64,000 bases of DNA from a virus (lineage: Duplodnaviria > Caudoviricetes), in the IMG/VR virus record IMGVR_UViG_3300049488_000018, positions 7,279 to 71,278 of that record, one strand, 5' to 3'. Shown one piece after another: positions 8,756-16,839 of the stretch. The notes beneath the pieces are model-generated. The model had not been told where the DNA came from and searched no databases. It saw only the letters and a list, made by a program, of their open reading frames with translations. Position 1 is the stretch's first letter, and the number at the start of each line of letters is the position of its first letter. The position numbers were made by a program, and so were the translations under genes.

Positions 8756-9346
8756 TTAAGTAGTTGAAAACCTTACATTGTTCACTGTTACATTTGTAGC
8801 TGTACCATAAGTCATAGTCCAAAGTGTATCTGTTGGCATACCAGCAGGAGACCAATAGATAGCACTACCTCTACGGCTGTTATGATACGCACGTTCATCT
8901 CGACGATTGCGCTCAAAGTCAGCCAAGACTTCTTTGAATCTATGTTCTGATACTTTATGAAAGAATGGTATACGCTGCATTAAAGCAGACATAGTCATCC
9001 TATCAGGGTCAAATGCGAAACAATGGAGAGCATGACATGGTGTTTCAGATCTATTTGTGATTTGCATCTCATCTAGAATCTTTATGTTATCAACATGCCA
9101 CGCATATCCATGTATATTCCTTCTTATTCCATCATAATATGCATGTAGCACCTCATCAAATCGCTCATGAGGGCTCATTACAATTAAGCATGGAACATTG
9201 TCAATCGTATGCCAATCTAATACCATCGGCAATATGACAAATTCTTTCTTTGGATCAACAGAATTAACAGTTACAAGCATAGGTTTCTTAGGCTTGACTA
9301 TACGTTTCTCTTTTTCCAGATTAGCTTGCTTACGCTCCCAATTCAT
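8756..9346 (-). CDS. Hypothetical protein (196 aa)
   Basis: Operon-consistent ORF. Confidence 0.75.
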   Translation of the reverse strand: MNWERKQANLEKEKRIVKPKKPMLVTVNSVDPKKEFVILPMVLDWHTIDNVPCLIVMSPHERFDEVLHAYYDGIRRNIHGYAWHVDNIKILDEMQITNRSETPCHALHCFAFDPDRMTMSALMQRIPFFHKVSEHRFKEVLADFERNRRDERAYHNSRRGSAIYWSPAGMPTDTLWTMTYGTATNVTVNNVRFSTT

Positions 9347-9349
9347 AAA

Positions 9350-9598
9350 TCACCGTATTATGCCCAGTGACAAGGCTATCAGGGATGCATCATGTGAGCT
9401 ACTTTTAAGATTAAGAGATTCTGAATGACCGAATGCATTAACTTTAATTTCTTCACCATGTGCACCTCTTACAATCTCCAACTTAAAGAAGCCGGCAGAT
9501 GTAGGTACCTTGCCCTTACATGTTAAATCAGTATGTTTTATACCTCCACAGAAGCACACAGCCATACTGTGATCATATACAATATACTTATATTGCAT
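9350..9598 (-). CDS. Hypothetical phage protein (82 aa)
   Basis: KYIV..H...SAGF..GHSESLNL.S pattern. Confidence 0.7.
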   Translation of the reverse strand: MQYKYIVYDHSMAVCFCGGIKHTDLTCKGKVPTSAGFFKLEIVRGAHGEEIKVNAFGHSESLNLKSSSHDASLIALSLGIIR

Positions 9599-9600
9599 GA

Positions 9601-10155
9601 TTAGCCCTCAATATTAGGGCGCATCATTCTTTTGATATCCTCATACTCATAGCCATCAGCTTTGAGTGCACCGATAAGATTACTCATATCAGTAGCAAGA
9701 GTATCAAGATCAAGATCATTCTTGAATGTCTCAATCTGTGTACGACGCTCAAACTGAAGAAGGTCATCAATTGTACGTTTGAGATCATCGCGCTCACGCA
9801 CAAGACGAAGAGTCATATCACTCGAGTCTTTGAGCAATCTAGATACCAAACCGAGATCACCCATTGTTGCATCAAGCTGATTGTTAACACGAGCAACATG
9901 TTCACGCAATACACTGAGTTTCTTATCAGACTGAAAACAACCTTCACGCAGCATCTCACGCTCATTGACGAGCAATTCGATCTGATCTTTGAGTCCGCCG
10001 ATAATACGCTCTTGACGGGCATTAGCAGCCTGCTCACCAGCGATCTCTTTGTTCTTGTTAACAAGGATCTTACAAAGATCATCAGTATACATGTAGTTAC
10101 CAGACTCATGCATCTCCATATTCCCCGAGGCCAATATCATTCTTTTGATTACCAA
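9601..10155 (-). CDS. Coiled-coil hypothetical protein
   Basis: Heptad-like L/E/K/R-rich core; AAGGAG then TTG. Confidence 0.75.
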   Translation of the reverse strand: MVIKRMILASGNMEMHESGNYMYTDDLCKILVNKNKEIAGEQAANARQERIIGGLKDQIELLVNEREMLREGCFQSDKKLSVLREHVARVNNQLDATMGDLGLVSRLLKDSSDMTLRLVRERDDLKRTIDDLLQFERRTQIETFKNDLDLDTLATDMSNLIGALKADGYEYEDIKRMMRPNIEG

Positions 10156-10165
10156 GGCAATCTCC

Positions 10166-10363
10166 TTATACGCTAGCGATACTCATATCACCAGCTCTGT
10201 GTTTGATAGTTGCTTCATTGCCATCAGGCAACACTACTTTTGCGAATGCACAAGAACGAACAACATGATGCTGAAGGATAGACTCAACGCTCTTAACAAC
10301 GAGAGCTACCTCTTTGCGCTGCATTGTACTATAAGACAAGATAATCATACACAATCCTTTCAA
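10166..10363 (-). CDS. Hypothetical protein (start uncertain)
   Basis: Fills the operon gap. Confidence 0.5.
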   Translation of the reverse strand: MKGLCMIILSYSTMQRKEVALVVKSVESILQHHVVRSCAFAKVVLPDGNEATIKHRAGDMSIASV

Positions 10364-10605
10364 TCGAGTTGTTTTCTACAATGTTTGCAATGTCCAAAGA
10401 ACATGCCACCATCATCTTCACACTTATGTTCAGGTATGTGCTTAATATCGCACGCAGGACAAACAACAATCAACGCAGGCAATGTCGGTATGAACTCAAC
10501 ATTAGCTCTTGAATGTATATTGTAATCGAACTGACAGCCACAAGCATTGCATTTGAGTATGCCTTCGCCATGGCTAATCTCTTGTATAATTGTAAATACT
10601 TCCAA
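10360..10605 (-). CDS. Double zinc-ribbon protein
   Basis: CNAC, CPAC, HKC, CKHC; GGAGG then TTG at 10605. Confidence 0.7.
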   Translation of the reverse strand: MEVFTIIQEISHGEGILKCNACGCQFDYNIHSRANVEFIPTLPALIVVCPACDIKHIPEHKCEDDGGMFFGHCKHCRKQLD

Positions 10606-10606
10606 A

Positions 10607-10759
10607 TTAGCCTCCCTCATACTCAGCAATCTGTGTTTGAAGTTCTTCTACTTCTTTCTCATTTGCAATAGAGCGCTCATATTCACACTTGACACATCTT
10701 CCACGAGGTGACAATTGCATACCAGGCTTCAAGCAAACATAACAGTTACTTACTACCAT
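10607..10759 (-). CDS. Micro zinc-finger protein (50 aa)
   Basis: Hand-translated MVVSNCYVCLKPGMQLSPRGRCVKCEYERS...; GGAGGTG RBS. Confidence 0.65.
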   Translation of the reverse strand: MVVSNCYVCLKPGMQLSPRGRCVKCEYERSIANEKEVEELQTQIAEYEGG

Positions 10760-10780
10760 GCTGCCACCTCCAGTTAGATA

Positions 10781-10861
10781 TTAATCATAACAATTACAAT
10801 GGTTTCTTTCTGTATTATCACGACCACAACGTCTACATCTCCATGAATGGAATCGTTTCAT
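10781..10861 (-). CDS. Micro Cys-rich peptide (26 aa)
   Basis: MKRFHSWRCRRCGRDNTERNHCNCYD; GAGGTG RBS. Confidence 0.5.
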   Translation of the reverse strand: MKRFHSWRCRRCGRDNTERNHCNCYD

Positions 10862-10868
10862 GATCACC

Positions 10869-11258
10869 TCACCAGTCGATATCAATCATGTATTCACCAG
10901 CAGGCAATAAGCCTTTAGCGTGAAGATCATTAGCAATCATCTGCACATTAGGATAGAAGTTTCTCTCCCACCATAAAGATAGGCCATAAGCTCTATTCCA
11001 TTCATCTTCTGAAGCTAATTTTTCTTCAGGATCGCGCTCAAGCCATGCTTTAAAGCTCACACCCATCTCAGGGTGGTTAACTTCTTCTGGCACAGTATCA
11101 TTTTTATAGTCATCTGCATGATCAGGGACAGTAAGATACTCATGACCACGAGGCTTACAATCATCCTGTTGCTGGAATGAATACATTCTATTGTAAGTAT
11201 CAACAACTAGCCTATCCCATTCTTGAACAGTAATAACTTTTACATCTTTAGTTTTCAT
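10869..11258 (-). CDS. Hypothetical phage protein (129 aa)
   Basis: GAGGAG RBS; Trp-rich, ends NDLHAKGLLPAGEYMIDIDW. Confidence 0.8.
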   Translation of the reverse strand: MKTKDVKVITVQEWDRLVVDTYNRMYSFQQQDDCKPRGHEYLTVPDHADDYKNDTVPEEVNHPEMGVSFKAWLERDPEEKLASEDEWNRAYGLSLWWERNFYPNVQMIANDLHAKGLLPAGEYMIDIDW

Positions 11259-11340
11259 TAGGCTCCTCTCTATTAGGACAACCTATTTCTTCACAATCGA
11301 AACAGATATTGTCACAGTTGATTGTAACACTGCTCCTCAT
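11248..11340 (-). CDS. Micro Cys-rich peptide (30 aa)
   Basis: MRSSVTINCDNICFDCEEIGCPNREEPNEN; GGAGGT RBS. Confidence 0.45.
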   Translation of the reverse strand: MRSSVTINCDNICFDCEEIGCPNREEPNEN

Positions 11341-11713
11341 TAGCTACCTCCGTAACTCTTATAGCATTATCAACAATACGTTGTAATTCACAACGAGTTA
11401 TTAAAGAAGCATCAACAAATAATACGGCACCAACTTCACCATATTCTGGACAATAGCCATGCTTATCAAGCTTACGCCCTAATTGTTTAAGAGCATGAGA
11501 CCAATAGCCTTCACATCCCTCATAACCAAGTTTATCATTGATCATATCAGATACAATATCATGAAACTTACATTCAGCTGGTGTAAAACCAGAAGTAGCT
11601 ATTTCACTTCTACCATAGATATAAGCCTCAACAACAACGCAGTTGAAATGTGAATCAGGTTGATCAGCATCACCTTTTACAAGGCACTCATCAACTGCTA
11701 CGTACAGTTTCAT
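11312..11713 (-). CDS. Hypothetical protein (133 aa)
   Basis: Start re-assigned to the ATG at 11713 after GAGG. Confidence 0.7.
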   Translation of the reverse strand: MKLYVAVDECLVKGDADQPDSHFNCVVVEAYIYGRSEIATSGFTPAECKFHDIVSDMINDKLGYEGCEGYWSHALKQLGRKLDKHGYCPEYGEVGAVLFVDASLITRCELQRIVDNAIRVTEVANEEQCYNQL

Positions 11714-11816
11714 CAGGAACCTCTTTAACATCCCAAGTAATACCATGCTCAGGACAGAAGAATTTACCAGGGTACATACATGTAACATGTTTACCACATT
11801 TACGACAGACCATCAT
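11691..11816 (-). CDS. Micro zinc-finger protein (41 aa)
   Basis: MMVCRKCGKHVTCMYPGKFFCPEHGITW..; GGAGG RBS. Confidence 0.6.
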   Translation of the reverse strand: MMVCRKCGKHVTCMYPGKFFCPEHGITWDVKEVPDETVRSS

Positions 11817-12241
11817 ACTGTCTCCTCCCAATAGCGATCAAGACTACGTGAGATATACTCCTCACCTAATACTCCAAGAGGCTCAGCTCTCTTCATAATA
11901 GCAGTAATATGAACCTCACAATCAGCCGCAACGATAGCTCTAAGATCCTCAACAAGCCTAATAGCGGCTCCTCGAGTTAGCTTCTCAGCAGGTACAAAGT
12001 ACATGTTACCTTTCTCAGTAAGAAAACCATACGAACGGTTCTTCATCTTATACCGCTTACTGATACCAGGATCAATCCACTGTTCACACCAGTCATAACC
12101 ACGCTTATCAAGTAACTGTATAAGCTCGCAATGATAACGATAAGATATACCAGTAGAGTTATCCTCATCATTGTTATAAGGGAGAATAATAACAGTCTCA
12201 TCATCTACCGGATAGTAGTCAACATAGATCTCTCTTCTCAT
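11813..12241 (-). CDS. Hypothetical protein (142 aa)
   Basis: Operon-consistent ORF. Confidence 0.7.
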   Translation of the reverse strand: MRREIYVDYYPVDDETVIILPYNNDEDNSTGISYRYHCELIQLLDKRGYDWCEQWIDPGISKRYKMKNRSYGFLTEKGNMYFVPAEKLTRGAAIRLVEDLRAIVAADCEVHITAIMKRAEPLGVLGEEYISRSLDRYWEETV

Positions 12242-12705
12242 AACGGACGAGAGTTATCAATGTTATAATAGTTCCAGTAACCATCACGCTTGCTATATAC
12301 TCTGAACAAAGCCTCAGCCTGTGTATGAATGAATTCAAGATTCCTCAACACAACAGAAGGTGGAAGAGGCTTAACATGATTATACACAGCTTGATACTTA
12401 TGCTTCAGTTCAGCAGGCTCCTGAAAGCAATCAACAAGAGGACTCTCACCAAGCCGATATTTTCGAAACATCATTATAACAGCAGCAAGATAACATTGAT
12501 GCAATCTTGAATTAGAAGATCTCTGTACAAGCACAGCAAATCGTAACTTACCATGCTTACTCTCCGCTGTACGAACATCACCCATAGTGACATCTAAACG
12601 AACAAAGCCAGGCGTACCAGTAGACAGTATACTGTTCAACGTAATAGGCTGGACAATAACCAAGCCTTTCTTATTTATTTTTGCCACGAGCTCGCCTCCA
12701 GTCAT
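12238..12705 (-). CDS. Hypothetical protein, member 3 of the paralogue family
   Basis: CYLAAVIMM ... NLEFIHTQAEALF. Confidence 0.75.
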   Translation of the reverse strand: MTGGELVAKINKKGLVIVQPITLNSILSTGTPGFVRLDVTMGDVRTAESKHGKLRFAVLVQRSSNSRLHQCYLAAVIMMFRKYRLGESPLVDCFQEPAELKHKYQAVYNHVKPLPPSVVLRNLEFIHTQAEALFRVYSKRDGYWNYYNIDNSRPL

Positions 12706-13081
12706 ATAGAATAAAGCAACCTATCGCACAACTAATCAAGGATCCGATCAATGCCCCAAAGCACGACAAAAAACTAAATAGCTCTCTCCACCCATTAGGA
12801 TGAAGCTCACCATCAGATCTCTGTATAACCATACGATCACCAATAGACCATTGACTATATTGCGCAACAGATAATTCCACATCAAATAGAGTACCATCAT
12901 CCATACGGACACCAACAATAGGTCTCGTAAGAACATGAGACTTATATGTATGTTCAACTTCCATCTTAGCTATAACCGTAACTGTAACAGGATACCTTCT
13001 CATGTAGTCATCGTTGAATGCATAAACATAACACAACAGAGTAACAACAAGGATCAATTGAAACCAATGCTTCTCCTTCAT
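12671..13081 (-). CDS. Membrane protein with two TM segments flanking a beta-rich domain
   Basis: N-terminal and C-terminal hydrophobic stretches. Confidence 0.75.
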   Translation of the reverse strand: MKEKHWFQLILVVTLLCYVYAFNDDYMRRYPVTVTVIAKMEVEHTYKSHVLTRPIVGVRMDDGTLFDVELSVAQYSQWSIGDRMVIQRSDGELHPNGWRELFSFLSCFGALIGSLISCAIGCFILYDWRRARGKNK

Positions 13082-13221
13082 ACATAGACTCCTATTAAAC
13101 CACCAACAACAATTAGAATAAAAAAACCCGCTATACCAAAGAAGGTAATAGCAGTAAAGTAATAAAGCAATAAAGCAAACTCCCGATAGGGATAAGACAA
13201 CTGATCAAGATAATCTGACAT
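13078..13221 (-). CDS. Small membrane protein (47 aa)
   Basis: Hand-translated MSDYLDQLSYPYREFALLLYYFTAITFFGIAGFFILIVVGGLIGVYV; GGAG RBS; ATGA overlap with the next gene. Confidence 0.6.
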   Translation of the reverse strand: MSDYLDQLSYPYREFALLLYYFTAITFFGIAGFFILIVVGGLIGVYV

Positions 13222-13361
13222 GATAACATACTCCAAGTGGGTTAGCAAGGGGGAAGCAAAATATATAGTAAAGTAAGGGGCTTAGAGAGACATGAGATTA
13301 GGCTCTCCAGGTTAGCTCACGAATATGCAATGATTACAGGGTGTTAGTAAAAATGTGGGGT

Positions 13362-13484
13362 GTTCCAGTGTAACAAAAAGAGGACTATAGAGAAAGAATA
13401 GGAAGTTCCTGTAAAAAGTTCCAGCAAGTTCCTGATAAATATAGAGAAAGTTCCTGTAATAACAAGAACAAAAATATGTTCCAG
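13362..13484. repeat. Cluster of GTTCCWG direct repeats (iteron-like)
   Basis: Copies at 13362, 13405, 13418, 13428, 13450, 13478 (a 7th at 13709); TATAGAGAAAG twice; an AT-rich tract follows. Confidence 0.75.
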
Positions 13485-13599
13485 TTATAATAAATAAAAA
13501 AGAATTATGCGCTTTAAAGCTATGGAAATGGGGAAAATATCCTAGCGAAGCATACTATCTTTTCCTCTCTTACCTATCTACCTATCATCATTGAGTTTT

Positions 13600-14080
13600 T
13601 CTACGGACTACGATATGGCTCAAAGAACCTATTATAAACTACATGTCCAGCATTTCGTCCAAGGGATGGACTAAGAGTGATGGGGGATATTAAAGCTTAC
13701 AGCAACAAGTTCCAGAGTTAGCTTCAGTAATAAACTATGCCTATTACTATGGCAATTATATTACTGGACTGCCACACATGATTAGTAATAACCTTGTGCG
13801 TGTAGAGTTATCCGTAACCGATGTGTGGGACTTAACCCATTCAGACTATCATTACGCGATAGAGCTCTAAGCTATCCTACTATGAGGTGGTGTAATCTTC
13901 TCATGTATGACAGTCCGAGTAATCTTTAAGCTAGTAGTAGTGACTCCCAAGGTCAAGGCCTTTGTCCAGAACAAGCTGGATCGTAATCCAAGGTGTGGGA
14001 TGTGTCTAAGGAGTGCCCTAAGGCTAGCGTTCTCATCTAACTCTCAGGGTTAGCTTCCGCAACTCTCCTACTACTAGCTA
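13600..14080 (-). ncRNA. Candidate large structured non-coding RNA (family unassigned; strand inferred from the flanking genes)
   Basis: No ORF of 60 aa or more. 12-bp inverted repeat 13929-13940/14068-14079 enclosing several hairpins; 8-bp helices 13725-13732/13759-13766 and 13772-13779/13821-13828. Confidence 0.5.
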
Positions 14081-14083
14081 CTG

Positions 14084-14281
14084 TTAGGACTCAAGCTCAC
14101 GTTTAAGAGCTTCGTCGTCCTTTAATTTGTCCAGCGGTATTACTTGACCCATAGGGGTGTGTTTGAGTAATAAACGAAATCCACAGTTTGTGCACGTGAA
14201 TGTATGCATAATGACGCAAGTAGCTCGTTTGTCTTCGCACACTTCACATAGCAAAGGTCCTTTTGTAAACGGTCCTGGCAT
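14084..14281 (-). CDS. Small zinc-ribbon protein
   Basis: CEVC...CTNC; AGGAGG RBS. Confidence 0.7.
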   Translation of the reverse strand: MPGPFTKGPLLCEVCEDKRATCVIMHTFTCTNCGFRLLLKHTPMGQVIPLDKLKDDEALKRELES

Positions 14282-14298
14282 ATGATCCTCCTGGATGC

Positions 14299-14329
14299 AA
14301 AAAGTGGGGCACCTCAGGCGAGGCACCCC
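14299..14329 (-). terminator. Rho-independent terminator
   Basis: GGGGTGCCTC-GCCT-GAGGTGCCCC-ACTTTTT; G-U pairs favour the minus strand. Confidence 0.6.
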
Positions 14330-14335
14330 GATGTT

Positions 14336-14665
14336 CTACGCTCCACACGCTTTGTGAAGTTTTTCTTTAACGGCTTTCATCTGGTCTTCAACCTGACGGT
14401 CGATTTCCTTGGACTGAATACGGATCTCACCAGCTTTCTTGGTGGTCTCATAGGCGTCCTTGACATTCTGGCCGATGTTGCTGAAGAAGCTACCGGTTCT
14501 GGCTATTACACCAGAGGCAACTACTTTAGCGCCATTGATAATGGTTTCAGGTTCAGGCTCACACCCTCCTGCGATAAGCAGCTTGTTTATCTCTTCGAGA
14601 CAACCTTTGTGCATTGCTGCTGTATTCCTCAACATCTGTTCTGCTTGCGGTGTTATTTTGGACAT
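14336..14665 (-). CDS. Hypothetical coiled-coil protein (109 aa)
   Basis: AAGGAGG RBS. Confidence 0.75.
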   Translation of the reverse strand: MSKITPQAEQMLRNTAAMHKGCLEEINKLLIAGGCEPEPETIINGAKVVASGVIARTGSFFSNIGQNVKDAYETTKKAGEIRIQSKEIDRQVEDQMKAVKEKLHKACGA

Positions 14666-14840
14666 GATAGTCCTCCTTATTATGATTTCGAAGTTAGCTT
14701 AATAACTCCAATGATGATACAGAGTAGGCCCACACCCATACAGAGTAAGAATATAGGTTGAGTTAGTAATTCAGGAACCCAACGGAATATGTTATACCAG
14801 GTGTAAGCAGTAAAGAAAAGGATGAATAGTACTCTCCAGT

Positions 14841-15044
14841 TCATATTGACCTCGTGAATAGTTTTTTAGCTTTAGGTTTAGGTGAAAACCAATTGCCTAT
14901 CGCTTTGAGTCTACGTACAGCCCATATAACAAAGGCAATGGCCAACACGAAAGATATGTTGATAAAGAATGAGAACATGGCTTGATACACCACGTACCAT
15001 AGGACAAAGATGAACAGGAAGATTAATACCGTGCGGAAGTGCAT
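14841..15044 (-). CDS. Small membrane protein
   Basis: Two hydrophobic stretches and a basic C-terminus. Confidence 0.65.
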   Translation of the reverse strand: MHFRTVLIFLFIFVLWYVVYQAMFSFFINISFVLAIAFVIWAVRRLKAIGNWFSPKPKAKKLFTRSI

Positions 15045-15331
15045 AAGAGCTCACCTCCAAACTTTTTTGCTTTCTTAGCTCCTACCTTTGTACAAATATA
15101 CACAATAGATAGAAAGCCGAATGTAATTGAAGCACCTAACGCTATTGTGCCATCAGCGATTGCCAGTGTGCGTGCTGCTAGTGCACCAAGAGCAAAGTCG
15201 GTTAACAAGAGTGTCAGGTTGTTATAGTTGATTGTCCTCTTGATCCAACGTGGGAGGAAGAGAATAATTACGAACTTGGAAATGAATAACATTGTCCCAA
15301 GGATAATGCCAACCCATAACACTTGCATCAT
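15023..15331 (-). CDS. Membrane protein (about 3 TM)
   Basis: Hydrophobic segments; GGAGG RBS. Confidence 0.7.
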   Translation of the reverse strand: MMQVLWVGIILGTMLFISKFVIILFLPRWIKRTINYNNLTLLLTDFALGALAARTLAIADGTIALGASITFGFLSIVYICTKVGAKKAKKFGGELLCTSARY

Positions 15332-15552
15332 AAGAAGTCTCCTCCTTTCTTGAGATAGCGTCTGAACAATAGTTTTGTTAACCAGTCAGACTCATGTGTT
15401 TCTCTTGCTATTTGATAAGCAAGAGCTCTGCGTTGATTCTCGAGGTCTTTCAAGCGTTTATATTTACCTGGTGAGAAGTTACAAACCACCCAAGCAATGG
15501 GTAGAAGAACAATACAGGTTAATACTGTAGCTAGTATGGCTAGTATTGCCAT
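15328..15552 (-). CDS. Small membrane protein (74 aa)
   Basis: AAGGAGGT RBS; N-terminal TM. Confidence 0.7.
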   Translation of the reverse strand: MAILAILATVLTCIVLLPIAWVVCNFSPGKYKRLKDLENQRRALAYQIARETHESDWLTKLLFRRYLKKGGDFL

Positions 15553-15559
15553 TACAGAC

Positions 15560-15775
15560 CTCCTTCCGAGAAATTGGTGGAGAGCTTTGATTCGGACACC
15601 GCTGCGCATAACACGGTGCTGCTCCCCTTACCTTCTGCCTATAGCCTGACATCAATATGTGTCGGGGCCACTATGCCCATTATAGGTGTCGCATGGGCTA
15701 GACGGGGTCAGGGATCTACTGTACACTCGGCAGTGCCAGGTCGCGCTGTAGTCTTTACCCCGTAGCTCTTCAAAG
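15560..15775 (-). other. Structured intergenic segment (candidate cis-regulatory or small RNA)
   Basis: Helices 15703-15708/15757-15762 and 15675-15680/15693-15698; CACT-GCCG-AGTG hairpin. Confidence 0.4.
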
Positions 15776-16222
15776 TTAGCTCTTGTTGATACCCAGTCCA
15801 GCGAGGGCAGCAGCAATCCCTTCTTTGATTTGTGTGGCGACATCCTTAGAGACAACAGCTTCAGGTGCTGGAGCTTCTTCGGTGGTAGGAGTCTTGGCAG
15901 CAACTTCAGCAGCCATGATACCGTCGATCTTTGTTTTGGTTTCTACGCCGTAGTCAATGAAGGCTGTGATCTCTTCACGGATAACTTTGCAGATGGAGCT
16001 GATGTTTTTGATATTCTGAATAGCTTCTTCAGCTGTGAGTTCAACTTCATACTCAAAGCCACCGATCTTAACCAGGACACCGTCGATGTTAACCTGTTCG
16101 TTGTGAACCAGGACTTTTGTGGCTTCATCTGCACCTTCGAAACGCTGCTTAAACGCTAGTGGTGCATCTGCCTTTTTAAGCAACTCGAGGGTAATGCCCT
16201 CCCATTTATTCCTCATCTTCAT
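15776..16222 (-). CDS. Hypothetical protein (148 aa, acidic)
   Basis: AAGGAG RBS; strong codon bias. Confidence 0.75.
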   Translation of the reverse strand: MKMRNKWEGITLELLKKADAPLAFKQRFEGADEATKVLVHNEQVNIDGVLVKIGGFEYEVELTAEEAIQNIKNISSICKVIREEITAFIDYGVETKTKIDGIMAAEVAAKTPTTEEAPAPEAVVSKDVATQIKEGIAAALAGLGINKS

Positions 16223-16234
16223 GGTAATGCTCCT

Positions 16235-16495
16235 TTATCCGTGAAATGTGTAATCTTGATAGCGTTTTGCACCAACAAGAAGTCGAAATCGTAAACGTAC
16301 TAATGGCTTTGCATCTTTAAGCAGTGCCTTTATTAGGCGGTAGTTAGCAGATGCCAACTTTTCTGAAGCATCCATAAGCCTCAGTGTTGCTATGGTACCG
16401 ATGATAGAGTTACGCTTTAGTCCAATAAGGCTGAAGAATAACAATGCAACTAGACCACCAATGCCAATTATGAGAATGTTACCACTCATAATCAT
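16235..16495 (-). CDS. Small membrane protein
   Basis: N-terminal TM; GGAGG RBS. Confidence 0.7.
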   Translation of the reverse strand: MIMSGNILIIGIGGLVALLFFSLIGLKRNSIIGTIATLRLMDASEKLASANYRLIKALLKDAKPLVRLRFRLLVGAKRYQDYTFHG

Positions 16496-16653
16496 ATTCG
16501 TCTCCTCCCTTTAGTGTGATGGTAAGAGCGCCTTAACTTGGCTTTCTTTTCACAGCTAGCTTTGTACTTCTCTCGCCAACTGAACACAAAGTTTGGGAAC
16601 ACAAGATCCATGAGTGTTGCACATGCTACAGATAAACTAACTGTACCTATCAT
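16492..16653 (-). CDS. Small hydrophobic/basic protein
   Basis: Coupled to its neighbours. Confidence 0.5.
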   Translation of the reverse strand: MIGTVSLSVACATLMDLVFPNFVFSWREKYKASCEKKAKLRRSYHHTKGRRRI

Positions 16654-16835
16654 GGCTCTTTCCTTCCGATGTGGTACCCTGCGCAATAAGTGCAGAAGTA
16701 ACCATGTATTTCATGACCAGCTGCCTTGCTACGATTACCAGCGATCTTATCTGCTTCTTCTTGTGAGCCGTATCTGTTCTTACGTCCGCAAGAATTCCAT
16801 ACGGCATCGAGTTTACGAATTTTATCACCCACCAT
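16650..16835 (-). CDS. Small C3H-type zinc-finger protein
   Basis: CGRKNRY..QEEA...YFCTYCAGYHIG. Confidence 0.65.
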   Translation of the reverse strand: MVGDKIRKLDAVWNSCGRKNRYGSQEEADKIAGNRSKAAGHEIHGYFCTYCAGYHIGRKEP

Positions 16836-16839
16836 GATG

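Noticed and set aside
13362-13484. CRISPR array
   Set aside because: The repeat is only 7 nt with irregular 3-36 nt gaps, and no cas genes are present.
13822-13880. tRNA-like segment on the minus strand (TAGCTTAGAGCT, 5-bp stem with 7-nt loop, GGGTTAAGTCCC)
   Set aside because: No acceptor stem, the anticodon loop lacks U33, and the T-loop lacks the TTC consensus. Kept only as part of the ncRNA candidate.
13600-14080. Group I intron, tmRNA or RNase P assignment
   Set aside because: GACTA/TAGTC-like words are present, but I could not build the P3-P7 core. The region does not interrupt a gene, and it lacks tmRNA termini and the RNase P GAGGAAAGUCC motif.
15652-15903. 83-aa minus-strand ORF and 15574..15765 plus-strand ORF
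   Set aside because: The first overlaps the real gene 15776..16222 in another frame without an RBS; both lack protein-like features, and the interval is better explained as structured non-coding sequence.
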